From Nitrososphaeria archaeon (GTDB lineage: Archaea > Thermoproteota > Nitrososphaeria > Geothermarchaeales > JDFR-13), in contig JALWXN010000004.1 in the NCBI GenBank assembly GCA_027078545.1, positions 736,001 to 800,000 of the forward strand: a stretch of 64,000 bases of DNA, written 5' to 3'. Of this stretch, positions 10,161 through 19,438 are shown in pieces. The stretch's first letter is position 1. Each line of letters begins with the position of its first letter. Made by a program: the position numbers and the translations under genes. The notes below the pieces were generated by a model. It made no database searches and was not told where the DNA came from. It saw only the letters and a list, made by a program, of their open reading frames with translations.

Positions 10161-11632
10161 CCTATACTGAGTGCACCCATACCCTTCCTAGGGTCAGAGA
10201 CGAAGATGTTGTCCGGCGGGTCTATCTCCACGGCCTCGACATCCCCCATCTGTAGGCTCAGCCCCTTCCTATAGGGGCTTGGATACCTTGTCGAGGCGTT
10301 CACTATCGGCTTCCCCATCTCCCTAGCAGCCTCCACCGCCTCCTCCGTATATCTCGACGGCTCGTAGAGGAATGCATCCCTCCTAGCCTCGTAGTGGATA
10401 CGCCTCCACTCAACAGAGGCTGGTAGGTCTAGCCCCCTGAATAGCCTGTTATATATTGTCTGGGCCACAGCAGTCACTATCCTCGTCCCACCCGAGGATC
10501 CAAGGGCGAGTATCGGCGTCGACCCTTGATAGACTATTGTTGGGGACATGCTACTCCTCGGTCTCGCACGGGGTCTAAGCCTATTCCTATCGCCCCTTGT
10601 GGAGAAGTCGTGGAGCTCGTCATTCAGTATGACTCCCAGCTTCTTCGAGACTACTCCGGAGCCCATTACACACTCTATCGTAGTGGTTGATGAGACGATC
10701 ATCTCCCCATCATATACCGTGAACTGGGCCGTCTCATGGGGATACCCAAGGCCTATGTCGGGATCCTCGATCAACTCCCTCTCCCTATGGATCTCCACGA
10801 GTATGCTGGGCTTCGTCCGGGGATCATCACCCGTCCTGACCATCTCCTCTAGGAGCCTAGCCATAGAGTATCCACTACCCGGTGGGGGCGAGGTCGCTAT
10901 GCTATACCCACGTATCGAGGCTCTGTACGGCGTCCTCCACACTGGCCTATAGCTCTCCAGGTCTTCAAGGGTGATCACGCCCCCTAGAGATTCTAGCTCC
11001 GCCACTAGCTCCCTCGCCAAGCTCCCTGTATATAGGGACTCGAGGCCCTCCCTCGATACCCGTCTAAGAGTCTCTATGTATCGTGAGACCCGTAGAGGGC
11101 TACATATCCCGGGCGGCTCAGCCCCTACCCCCAGAATCCTACCCCCATGCCTCGCCAGCTTCTCCAGGTCCCTCCTATATGTCCTGAGGCTACCCTGTAG
11201 CAGTGGTGTCGCCCTTACCCCTCTCTCCAACGCCTCCACAACGGTCTCTATGATCCTGCTTAGTGGGATGGAGCCGTATCTCCTATGTAGCTCCTCCAGG
11301 CCACGCCCCATCCCAGGCACCGCTATGGAGTGGACACCCTCCATTAGTACTTGGTCAGGCTCGACAACCTCCAGGATCCTGGATGGGGCTGTCTCCCGAT
11401 AGTCTAGGAAGCGTGGCCCCGACCCATCATCTATCAGTGTGAAGCCCCCTCCCCCGAGGCCTGTCCAGCCAGGCTCATACGCCTCCATAGCCAGCTGAGC
11501 CGCTATGAAGGCGTCGAGAGCGTTTCCACCCATCCTTAGAATCTCTATCCCGAGCCTGGAGGACTCGTAGGAGAATGTGGATATCCCCATCCCACCGATA
11601 CTCACCATATAGTGCCGAGAGCCATGTACCAT
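10157..11632 (-). CDS. Gamma-glutamyltransferase (Ntn-hydrolase) family protein
   Basis: GGNALDA, GLGGGGF, DYRETAP, HET nucleophile site, RPRSSMSPT, GSSGGTRI. Confidence 0.88.
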   Translation of the reverse strand: MVHGSRHYMVSIGGMGISTFSYESSRLGIEILRMGGNALDAFIAAQLAMEAYEPGWTGLGGGGFTLIDDGSGPRFLDYRETAPSRILEVVEPDQVLMEGVHSIAVPGMGRGLEELHRRYGSIPLSRIIETVVEALERGVRATPLLQGSLRTYRRDLEKLARHGGRILGVGAEPPGICSPLRVSRYIETLRRVSREGLESLYTGSLARELVAELESLGGVITLEDLESYRPVWRTPYRASIRGYSIATSPPPGSGYSMARLLEEMVRTGDDPRTKPSILVEIHRERELIEDPDIGLGYPHETAQFTVYDGEMIVSSTTTIECVMGSGVVSKKLGVILNDELHDFSTRGDRNRLRPRARPRSSMSPTIVYQGSTPILALGSSGGTRIVTAVAQTIYNRLFRGLDLPASVEWRRIHYEARRDAFLYEPSRYTEEAVEAAREMGKPIVNASTRYPSPYRKGLSLQMGDVEAVEIDPPDNIFVSDPRKGMGALSIG

Positions 11633-11705
11633 CGATACCTACCCAGATATCCAGACTAGGACAAACTAGTAGTAAAAAGGGTTTTTGGGTCGAGGGCCTA
11701 CCCAG

Positions 11706-12530
11706 CTACTCTGTCTTAGCCTGTTTATTGACTAGCTCCTCCAGACCCGCGAGTAGGTCTGGCTCGATCTTGGCGTGGGCCATGAAATGCTCATTCGGGT
11801 CCTTGGCCAATGTATAGATCCAGTAGATCGTGAAGATACCAAAGGTGATTATCGAGAGTATCAGGTAGAGTATGGTGCTCCTCTCCTGGACGGGTACATA
11901 GCTCCTGAGATCAATTGTCCTGACCCCCGCCTCCTCGAAGACCTTGTTAACCTCCTCTAGGATGCCCTGCTCATACTTGCTATGCCTGTAGAAGTCCTTG
12001 TTCAGGAAGTGGTAGACGTAGAAGGCTATTAGGCTTATCAGGAATACTAGGACCACCCAGAGTATGGCGCTCTTCTCACCTCCAACCTCGAACTGCATCT
12101 CCCTTACATATCTCCTCACAGCCTCGGCCCTCTCCTTGAAGCCGAGGTCATCAAGTATCTGGGCAACGTCCTCATACATCATCTGTGTCCTCTTAATGTG
12201 CTGGTTCCTCCTATCGATGAACTTGTATAGGACGTATAGCTGGATCACCAGTGCGACTAGGCCGAGCATCATGGCTAGCGTGGTCATTGCGAGGAATGCC
12301 GCGATCGCTGCACCCATCCCTGGGGGTACATCGCCATTGATTGTTGGGCCCATCGTTGCTCCTGGCATAACGACTAGTAGTGAGCCTACGGCTGCTAGGA
12401 ATATGATACCTACCAATGCGCCTAGGATGGCTGGTAGTAGTGCTAGCCAGGTAGGTACTATCGCATCTGTATGTTGAGCCTCCCTGACGGCCCTCCTGAC
12501 GCCCTCAAGCGCTGCAAGTGCCTTGGACAT
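11706..12530 (-). CDS. Membrane protein with DUF4234-like repeats
   Basis: Repeated TM plus 'RRNQHIKR', 'DFYRHS', 'LSIITFGIFTIYWIY..DPNEH'. Confidence 0.7.
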   Translation of the reverse strand: MSKALAALEGVRRAVREAQHTDAIVPTWLALLPAILGALVGIIFLAAVGSLLVVMPGATMGPTINGDVPPGMGAAIAAFLAMTTLAMMLGLVALVIQLYVLYKFIDRRNQHIKRTQMMYEDVAQILDDLGFKERAEAVRRYVREMQFEVGGEKSAILWVVLVFLISLIAFYVYHFLNKDFYRHSKYEQGILEEVNKVFEEAGVRTIDLRSYVPVQERSTILYLILSIITFGIFTIYWIYTLAKDPNEHFMAHAKIEPDLLAGLEELVNKQAKTE

Positions 12531-12605
12531 TGCATATATGTAGATAATATCAATGGCCTTATAAAGACTTGGATATCTTTAAATCGGGCCGTATATACTC
12601 CACAA

Positions 12606-14075
12606 CTATAGGGCCTGTGCAGTCCCGCCTCCCCTGGCGTCGGCGAATACCTCTATGTATCCGTCCCTACTTCTGAGTGCCTGGACTACGCCTACATATG
12701 TCGCTGGGTAGGGAATCCTCTCCTCCCCAACCCCGATCTCGGTCTCAGAGACTATCCTCCTCTCACTCCCCCAGGACATCAGCATGGCCCTAGGCTCCAT
12801 AACGGCTCTCCCAATATCCATACCCCTGTCGACGATGTTGCTGAAGACCTGTGTATGGATCTGGGGCCTCAGGTCACCCCCTGCACAGCCGACTATGCCT
12901 AGGTCATCATCCCCACGGTATAGGAGTATCGAGAGTGTATGTAGCGGCCTCTTAAGTGGGGCTGGGCTGTTGGGATATCCAGGCTCTGGCCTGAAGCCTA
13001 TCAGCCTGTTCTGGAAGGGGATCTCAAGCGCGACCAGTCCGCTCCCGAAGGGGTGGAAGAGGCTCTGTATGAAGCCGAGCCTATTTCCGTATCGATCCGC
13101 CAGGGTGAAGAATGTCGTGTCGCCCCCGCCTAGCTTGAAGCTGGATATATGGCTCGACACATGCCTATCCTCGAGTAGGGTGTATGGGTTTATACTCATG
13201 TGGTCGGAGTCGCCTATATAGTTGTCCCTATCGCTATAGGCATGGGCGGATGCCTCGAAGTATAGTCGCCACCAATCCCTATCCCTCTGCCTATTGTCGA
13301 GCTCGAGGATATCCATGAACCTGAGTATCTCCAGTGTCGTGACTCCCTGTGTGTTGGGTGGCAGCTCATACACCTCGTAGCCGTTGTACTCGATCTTCAT
13401 AGGCTCCATGGGCTCCCCACTATGCTCCTCCAGGTCCTGGGTAGATAGGTGTGCACCCTCCCTACCAAGCTCCTCCACGATCTCCTCGGCAACCCTTCCA
13501 CTGTAGAAGCCTTCCCATCCCTTCCTAGCTATCTGCCTCAAGACCCATGCATGCCTCCTCTGCCTCAGGAGCTGTGCCTCGCCTACCACTCCATATGTCC
13601 TCCTCCAGGACTCGTACTGGGAGAGCTCGTCCCAGAGCCTCTTGACCGCCGCTACGAGCTGTCTAGGCGGGTGGAAACCGTTCTCAGCGAGGGATATCGC
13701 TGGCTGGAGCAGCCTCTTCAGGTCTATGCTTCCATACTCCTCCCATATGTGGATCCATAGGTCTACCAGTCCGGGGACGGATATGGTTAGGCCGCCCCTC
13801 TTCGGTCTCTCCTCCATAAACTTATCCGCCGGGAAGTCTCTGGGGGCCCTCCCAGAGCCGTTATAGGCAACTATCTCCCCATTGGATAGCTGGCCCAGTA
13901 TGAAGCCGTCCCCACCAAGGCCCCCGGTGTGGGGGATCACGAGTGAGAGTACGGCGCTAGTGGCTACTGCCGCGTCGAAGACGTTTCCACCCTCCTTGAG
14001 AACCTCGAGACCGATGTGGGTAGCTATGTGTATCCTAGTGGCTATCCCGTAGCTACCGACGGCTGGGAACCACAT
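12606..14075 (-). CDS. Gamma-glutamyltransferase family protein (cytoplasmic, YwrD/HpxW-like)
   Basis: GGNVFDAAVA, GLGGDGF, LPPNTQG, GDTT nucleophile, KRPLHTL, AGGDLRPQ, DARGGG. Confidence 0.88.
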   Translation of the reverse strand: MWFPAVGSYGIATRIHIATHIGLEVLKEGGNVFDAAVATSAVLSLVIPHTGGLGGDGFILGQLSNGEIVAYNGSGRAPRDFPADKFMEERPKRGGLTISVPGLVDLWIHIWEEYGSIDLKRLLQPAISLAENGFHPPRQLVAAVKRLWDELSQYESWRRTYGVVGEAQLLRQRRHAWVLRQIARKGWEGFYSGRVAEEIVEELGREGAHLSTQDLEEHSGEPMEPMKIEYNGYEVYELPPNTQGVTTLEILRFMDILELDNRQRDRDWWRLYFEASAHAYSDRDNYIGDSDHMSINPYTLLEDRHVSSHISSFKLGGGDTTFFTLADRYGNRLGFIQSLFHPFGSGLVALEIPFQNRLIGFRPEPGYPNSPAPLKRPLHTLSILLYRGDDDLGIVGCAGGDLRPQIHTQVFSNIVDRGMDIGRAVMEPRAMLMSWGSERRIVSETEIGVGEERIPYPATYVGVVQALRSRDGYIEVFADARGGGTAQAL

Positions 14076-14084
14076 CTCAGATAA

Positions 14085-14315
14085 CTACTCCGAGACAGCT
14101 ACGAATGTGAGTGTACCCCTGACGCCCGGTAGGCCCTGTAGCTTCTGACCAACGATCTCTGCGATCTTCTCAGGCTTCTCAACCTCCATACATGCTATGA
14201 TGTCCCACTCACCGGTTATGGCGTATGCCTCGAGCACGTTTGGGACGTTCTTGACCTCGTTGAGGACGTCGAAGAGCCTACCTACATCCACCTTTAGCAG
14301 GACGAAGGCCTTCAT
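14085..14315 (-). CDS. Stand-alone Lrp/AsnC ligand-binding (RAM) domain protein
   Basis: AFVLL...AYAITGEWDII...LPGVRGTLT. Confidence 0.88.
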   Translation of the reverse strand: MKAFVLLKVDVGRLFDVLNEVKNVPNVLEAYAITGEWDIIACMEVEKPEKIAEIVGQKLQGLPGVRGTLTFVAVSE

Positions 14316-14348
14316 GATAAAAAGTATTGTGGCCCGGGAGTATATATC

Positions 14349-14774
14349 CTACTTGACGACCTCCTTAACAGTCTCTATACTCTCCTCCACCTTCCGGCCA
14401 GGCTCGTCGAAGAGGACTACTACCCCCTCAGACATGAAGAACTGGTAGCTCGTCTGGCATGCTCCTCCACATAGCACTACATCTACGTCGGGCAGGACAT
14501 TCTCCTTCAGCCAGTTATACTTGGGTATCCCGTGTAGGGGTATGTTGAGCTCGTTCAGCATCTCCATAGCCTCGTGTGGATTGTCAAAGTCGGGTAGCTT
14601 GCCCAGGGGGTTCTCCCTCTCCTCCAAGAACTTCACCTCACCCTTCTCAGGGTCGAAGGCGTAGATCCTGAACTTCTTGGCATGTGCGAAGTGTCCACCG
14701 AAGATGGTCTCGCCATCGTTTGTAGCCACCGCTATCTTCAACATACCGGGTTTCACCAAACGTCTATACCTCAT
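14349..14774 (-). CDS. NifB/NifX (FeMo-cofactor-binding) family protein
   Basis: KIAVAT...GHFAHAKKFRIY...RENP...DVDVVLCGG. Confidence 0.8.
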   Translation of the reverse strand: MRYRRLVKPGMLKIAVATNDGETIFGGHFAHAKKFRIYAFDPEKGEVKFLEERENPLGKLPDFDNPHEAMEMLNELNIPLHGIPKYNWLKENVLPDVDVVLCGGACQTSYQFFMSEGVVVLFDEPGRKVEESIETVKEVVK

Positions 14775-14856
14775 GGGGGAATTATTGGAGGAGGTATCAA
14801 CTCTTTATATTCTAGACATGGCTGTATATACCTATATAGGCCGTGGATAGGCCCCG

Positions 14857-15756
14857 ATGAGTATGGGCCCAAGGGGCCTTGGAAGTGGTTCGATGACTGG
14901 GCTGGAGAGACATGTATTCATACTTAGGCCCGAGCCGCCCTATGAGGTGAGGAGGTTCTTCGAGAGGCTTGGACGTGGACCGTATCCACATCTATACATG
15001 GAGGATCCCCCACGTGTCACGAGGCTCTTCGACACTGGTGAGGAGCATGTCCCAGTCAGGATTTTCCTTAGGGGTGATAAGTGGCGTCCGGAGCTGAGGA
15101 TAGAGATATATGCTGATGACTTCCCGGTTGTGAGGAGGGTCCTCCCACTCGTGAAGAGGTTCCTCAGCATGGACATCGACTATCGTGGATTCATCAGGGC
15201 CTGTATCGACCATGAGGGTATCCGGGGCCTACTTATGAGGCGTATGGGTGAGAGGCCGGCTGGCCACTACTCAAGGGTCGAAGCATTCATGGAGGCGGTT
15301 ATAATCAGTGGTGGAAGGTTCAGGCCGGATTATAAGGGGCTGAGGAGGTTCATAGAGGCCTTTGGACGGCATCTCGAGGTCGATGGCGAGGAGTACTGGG
15401 GCTATCCCAGTAGGGAGGATATCCGCTCCACCCCGGTGGATGAGCTTAGGAGGGTTCTGCACAGCAGGGTGAGGGCCTGGGCAGTCAAGGAGGTATGCTG
15501 CTCCGAGGAGGGTGGGGAGGATGAGGTGTTTGGAGTGGGTAGCGTGGCTAGGGACTATGCATTCTCCCGGCTTAGCGGTATCGGCTGCACCGATACAGAT
15601 GCGGCTAAGCTCCTAGCCAAGACCGACTGGGCTGGTGAGGCGGGTATAACCCGGGAGGAGCTCGAGTCCTTCCTCCTCCATAGCCGTGAGTACTGTGGCC
15701 TCCTATACTACCTAGTAATGTCTGAGCATATGGATAATCATCCCCCTACCCGTTGA
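14857..15756 (+). CDS. Divergent AlkA/Ogg-like DNA glycosylase (HhH superfamily)
   Basis: PEPPYE N-terminus, 'EAFMEAVI', 'FG...YWGYPS', HhH-like 'GVGSVARDY'; start may be 14893. Confidence 0.6.
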   Translation: MSMGPRGLGSGSMTGLERHVFILRPEPPYEVRRFFERLGRGPYPHLYMEDPPRVTRLFDTGEEHVPVRIFLRGDKWRPELRIEIYADDFPVVRRVLPLVKRFLSMDIDYRGFIRACIDHEGIRGLLMRRMGERPAGHYSRVEAFMEAVIISGGRFRPDYKGLRRFIEAFGRHLEVDGEEYWGYPSREDIRSTPVDELRRVLHSRVRAWAVKEVCCSEEGGEDEVFGVGSVARDYAFSRLSGIGCTDTDAAKLLAKTDWAGEAGITREELESFLLHSREYCGLLYYLVMSEHMDNHPPTR

Positions 15757-17306
15757 TACATCATCAGCCCGTCGACAAAGGTGGCTACCACCCTGGTATC
15801 GAGGATATCCCTACCGGATAGCCTCTCCACCTCCCTGTCGAGGAGGACTGCGTCGAACCTCTTACCCCTCTCCAGCGTCCCTATCAACTCCTCGTCATGG
15901 GAGAGTTTGGCCGCCTCCTCGGTATAGTATTTGAGGGCCTCAACCGTGCCTAGACACTCGTCAGGCGTGAGTAGCCCTAGTGGGACATTATCGCCACGTC
16001 CCCTCGTCACTGCCGCGTAGACCCCCATGACTGGGTCGGGTATCTCGACTGGGCAGTCGCTCCCGAAGCCCATTAGTACACCCCTCCTGGCCAGAGTGCC
16101 TAGTGGATATGTGTATCTGGCACGCCTCTCGCCGAGCCTATCCACCACCCATGTGTCTGATGTTATGAACTGGGGCTGGGTAGAGACCGCTATACCCAGA
16201 TCCACGATCTTATCAATCAGGTCGGGCCTAAGGACCGATGCGTGCTCGATCCTATCCCTCCTACGCCTAACCTCCTCACCGATCTCCTCCCCATATGCCT
16301 TGATAATGTTCTCGATAGCCGCGTCTCCGATGCCGTGGATAGCGAGTTGAAAACCGTGTGTAAACGATGCCTTTACCACCCTGCGTAGCTCTTCAAAGGG
16401 GACTATCAATACTCCCCTCGTGGACGGGTCGTCGCTATAGGGCTGGCTTAGGTAGGCGGTCCTCCCACCCAGACTGCCATCCGTGATTATCTTGATCCCC
16501 ATGAATCGGAGCCTCTCATCGCCATCACCCCTCCTAAAACCCTTCTCTACAAGCCAGTCCAGGTATCGATAGTCGAAGTAGACCCTAACCCTCATCCTGA
16601 GCCTACCCATCCGATTAAGCTTCTCAAGCACCATCAACTCCTCCGGCGTGGCCGATACGAGGTGGGCAGTAGTGACACCCCTGGAGAGCATGTCCTCAAT
16701 ACCAGCCTCAGCCGCCTTCATCAACATCTCCTCATCGGGCTGGGGGAGTATCTTCTCTATAAGCTCCATCGCCCGCTCCCTAAGTATCCCGGTAGGCTCA
16801 CCAGTCTCGTCCCTATCTATGGCTCCGCCCTCGGGGTCCGGGGTATCCCTATCTATCCCCGCCAGCTCAAGGGCCTTGCTGTTGGCCGCCGCTATGTGGC
16901 CACATACCCTCTTGATGTAGATAGGCACCTCTCTAGATACCTGGTCGAGGACGTCCCTAGTTGGGTACCTCCTCTCCACCATCTTGTCCTGGTCCCACCC
17001 CCTCCCCAGGAGCCAGCCCATGTATAGCCTGTCCAGCCCAGCCCTGAGCCTCTCTACTAGCTCATCTAGGCTCTCCACCCCTCGGAGATCGACGGTGAAT
17101 AGGCTTAGGCCATATCTCACAAGGTGGGTGTGGCAGTCTATGAAGCCTGGGTATAGGTGGCCCCCCTCAATATTGATGTACTCGTCGGCCTCAGGTAGGG
17201 GGCCCACGCCATAGTCCCTAACCACCCCATCCTCAACGAGTATCCACTCTGCCTTCTCGCCTCCAGGCCTGATGTGTATAACGCCTCCGTAGAAGACCCT
17301 CCTCAT
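15738..17306 (-). CDS. Amidohydrolase 3 family (YtcJ-like)
   Basis: PGFIDCHTH, GRGWDQ, DGSLGGRTA, IHGIGD, RIEHAS, GSDCP. Confidence 0.92.
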   Translation of the reverse strand: MRRVFYGGVIHIRPGGEKAEWILVEDGVVRDYGVGPLPEADEYINIEGGHLYPGFIDCHTHLVRYGLSLFTVDLRGVESLDELVERLRAGLDRLYMGWLLGRGWDQDKMVERRYPTRDVLDQVSREVPIYIKRVCGHIAAANSKALELAGIDRDTPDPEGGAIDRDETGEPTGILRERAMELIEKILPQPDEEMLMKAAEAGIEDMLSRGVTTAHLVSATPEELMVLEKLNRMGRLRMRVRVYFDYRYLDWLVEKGFRRGDGDERLRFMGIKIITDGSLGGRTAYLSQPYSDDPSTRGVLIVPFEELRRVVKASFTHGFQLAIHGIGDAAIENIIKAYGEEIGEEVRRRRDRIEHASVLRPDLIDKIVDLGIAVSTQPQFITSDTWVVDRLGERRARYTYPLGTLARRGVLMGFGSDCPVEIPDPVMGVYAAVTRGRGDNVPLGLLTPDECLGTVEALKYYTEEAAKLSHDEELIGTLERGKRFDAVLLDREVERLSGRDILDTRVVATFVDGLMMYQRVGG

Positions 17307-17363
17307 GATACAGAGTATTCCCGGGGGAGACTCATATTTCGGAGGTGATGGGATATATTCACT

Positions 17364-18623
17364 ATGCGTTGTGAGCCGAACAACATCGATACAGAGCTCA
17401 GGGTGGTGGATGGGTCACTAGAATTATCGGGGAAGCCTGTAGAGAGCATCGTTGATGAGACTCCTACATACATCTACTCAATGGCTGTCTTGGAGAAGAA
17501 TGTCGAGGCCCTCCGGGAGATATGTATGGAGGCCGATGTAGAGCCTTTCTACGCCGTGAAGGCGATGTCACACCCAGCCATCCTCGAGAGGCTTGTGGAA
17601 CTAGGGATGGGGCTGGAGACCGTATCAATGGGAGAGGTGGAGAAGGCCCTAGCCACGGGAATAGATCCTAAGAGAATAATCTACAACGGGATCGGGAAGA
17701 ACAGATGGGTGGTTAAGAATCTACTCGATATGGGTATCGGGATAGTAAACCTGGACAGTGAGTATGAGTTCAGGGAGGTTGTGGAGCTGGGATCTGTCGA
17801 CTGGAGCAGGATAGGTGTCAGGCTCAACATGGATATTTCTAAGCAGGTCCTCGACACGGCATCGAGGACCTCCAAGTTCGGTGTAGAGCCAAAGATCCTC
17901 TACAGACTCCTAGAGAGGCATGGTGTCAAGGAGATCGGGATACATATCCATCTCGGAAGCCAGATAAGCGAGAGGAGCCTCCTTAGACGCTACATGGAGG
18001 CCATCGAGAGAGTCCTCAAAGGCCTCGAGTCACGGGGGGTCAGGCTAAGCTTCCTAGACATAGGGGGTGGGCTCCCCAAGAACTACCTGTGGAGCCCCGT
18101 CACCCTGCCTCATACCGGGCTGGACACCAAACTATTCTCACCAGAGATCTGTATGCATGCCTATAGAGGATTCCTCATGAGGATAAGGAGGCTGGTTGGG
18201 GAGGCCCCCCTCTACATAGAGCCTGGCAGATACGTGGTTGGTGACGCGGGTATCCTGGCCACGAGGGTGGTCGGGATGAAGGAGCGGCTCGACGGGACTA
18301 GGTGGCTCATACTCGACGCTGGCTTCACCCACCTCCTCAGCGGGGCGCTCTATAAATGGTACTTCCCACTGGTGAACGCCACTAGGATAGGGGATCCTCA
18401 CGACACACCCTATAGGGTCTCCGGGCCGCTATGCGACTCTGACGACGTCTTCCATGACTATGAGGGTGAGAAGATGGGTAGGCCTAGGCTACCAAGGTAT
18501 AGATACCTGCCTGGAGAAACATCGGTGGGCGACCTACTCGTATTCCTCCATGTGGGGGCGTATAACTATGAGGAGGCCTCTGAGTACAACTCCATACCAA
18601 GGCCTAGGGCCGTCTTCGTCTAG
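17364..18623 (+). CDS. PLP-dependent fold-III decarboxylase (diaminopimelate decarboxylase-like)
   Basis: YAVKA, SKFG, HIHLGSQ, DIGGG, EPGRY, GPLCDSDD, VGAY. Substrate not certain. Confidence 0.85.
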   Translation: MRCEPNNIDTELRVVDGSLELSGKPVESIVDETPTYIYSMAVLEKNVEALREICMEADVEPFYAVKAMSHPAILERLVELGMGLETVSMGEVEKALATGIDPKRIIYNGIGKNRWVVKNLLDMGIGIVNLDSEYEFREVVELGSVDWSRIGVRLNMDISKQVLDTASRTSKFGVEPKILYRLLERHGVKEIGIHIHLGSQISERSLLRRYMEAIERVLKGLESRGVRLSFLDIGGGLPKNYLWSPVTLPHTGLDTKLFSPEICMHAYRGFLMRIRRLVGEAPLYIEPGRYVVGDAGILATRVVGMKERLDGTRWLILDAGFTHLLSGALYKWYFPLVNATRIGDPHDTPYRVSGPLCDSDDVFHDYEGEKMGRPRLPRYRYLPGETSVGDLLVFLHVGAYNYEEASEYNSIPRPRAVFV

Positions 18624-19336
18624 ACTATTCCGAGGTACATCTTACCGAAGTCTGGATGGTTCAACAGCTCCTTGGCGTCACCCTCATACCTGACGCTCCC
18701 AGAGACTAGGAGGTAGGCCTTCTCAGCTATCTCTAGGGCCAGCTTTACGATCTGCTCAACAATCACGATAGTTACACCGAGCTCATCCCTAAGCCTCTTA
18801 ACCTCACTGACCACCTTCCTAGCCAGTATTGGAGCTAGGTTGGCGCTGGGCTCGTCGAAGAGCATGACGTCCGGGTCCCTTATCAGGGCCATCCCCATAG
18901 CGACCATCTGCCTCTCCCCACCGCTTAGCCTACCCACCTTTCTATCGAGGTAGTCCTTCAGGACTGGGAAGAACTCGAGGACCCACTCCATCCTCTCCTC
19001 GATCTCGTCGGGTGGGAGTGTATAGCCCGCCAGCCTAAGGTTCTCCCTCACGGTGAGTGTTGTGAAGACGTTGCCGACCTGTGGGAGGTAGGCTATCCCC
19101 TGCTTAGATACGTAGTGTGGAGGCTTCCCAGTTATGTCGCGGCCCTTGTAGAGGATCTTCCCGTTATAGACATTGGTGAAGCCCATGATCGTCTTGAGCA
19201 GTGTAGACTTCCCACTACCATTGGGGCCGACGATAGCCGTTATACCCTTCTCCTCGAAGGTGGCGTTGACCCCAAAGAGTATCTGGAGCTTCCCATAGCC
19301 AGCATCCACATTCCTGACCTCGAGTATACTGCTCAA
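18620..19336 (-). CDS. livF: Branched-chain amino acid ABC transporter ATPase (LivF-type)
   Basis: GPNGSGKST, LSGGERQMVAMG, DEPSANLAP, VEQ. Confidence 0.9.
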   Translation of the reverse strand: MSSILEVRNVDAGYGKLQILFGVNATFEEKGITAIVGPNGSGKSTLLKTIMGFTNVYNGKILYKGRDITGKPPHYVSKQGIAYLPQVGNVFTTLTVRENLRLAGYTLPPDEIEERMEWVLEFFPVLKDYLDRKVGRLSGGERQMVAMGMALIRDPDVMLFDEPSANLAPILARKVVSEVKRLRDELGVTIVIVEQIVKLALEIAEKAYLLVSGSVRYEGDAKELLNHPDFGKMYLGIV

Positions 19337-19340
19337 GCCG

Positions 19341-19420
19341 GACCCCTCAAAACAATATGCTTATCCCCCATCAGTATATATTCTCTAGATTGGGGAGATA
19401 CACATAGTTTTTTAGGGGTC
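19341..19420. repeat. 80-bp imperfect palindrome in divergent intergenic region
   Basis: Left arm GACCCCTCAAAACAATATGCTTATCCCCCATCAG versus reverse complement of right arm GACCCCTAAAAAACTATGTGTATCTCCCCAATCTAG. Confidence 0.6.
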
Positions 19421-19438
19421 TAAATACAATCTATTTTC

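Noticed and set aside
14857-15756. Calling the AlkA-like protein catalytically dead
   Set aside because: An HhH-like motif and downstream Asp residues (TDTD) remain, so activity cannot be excluded.
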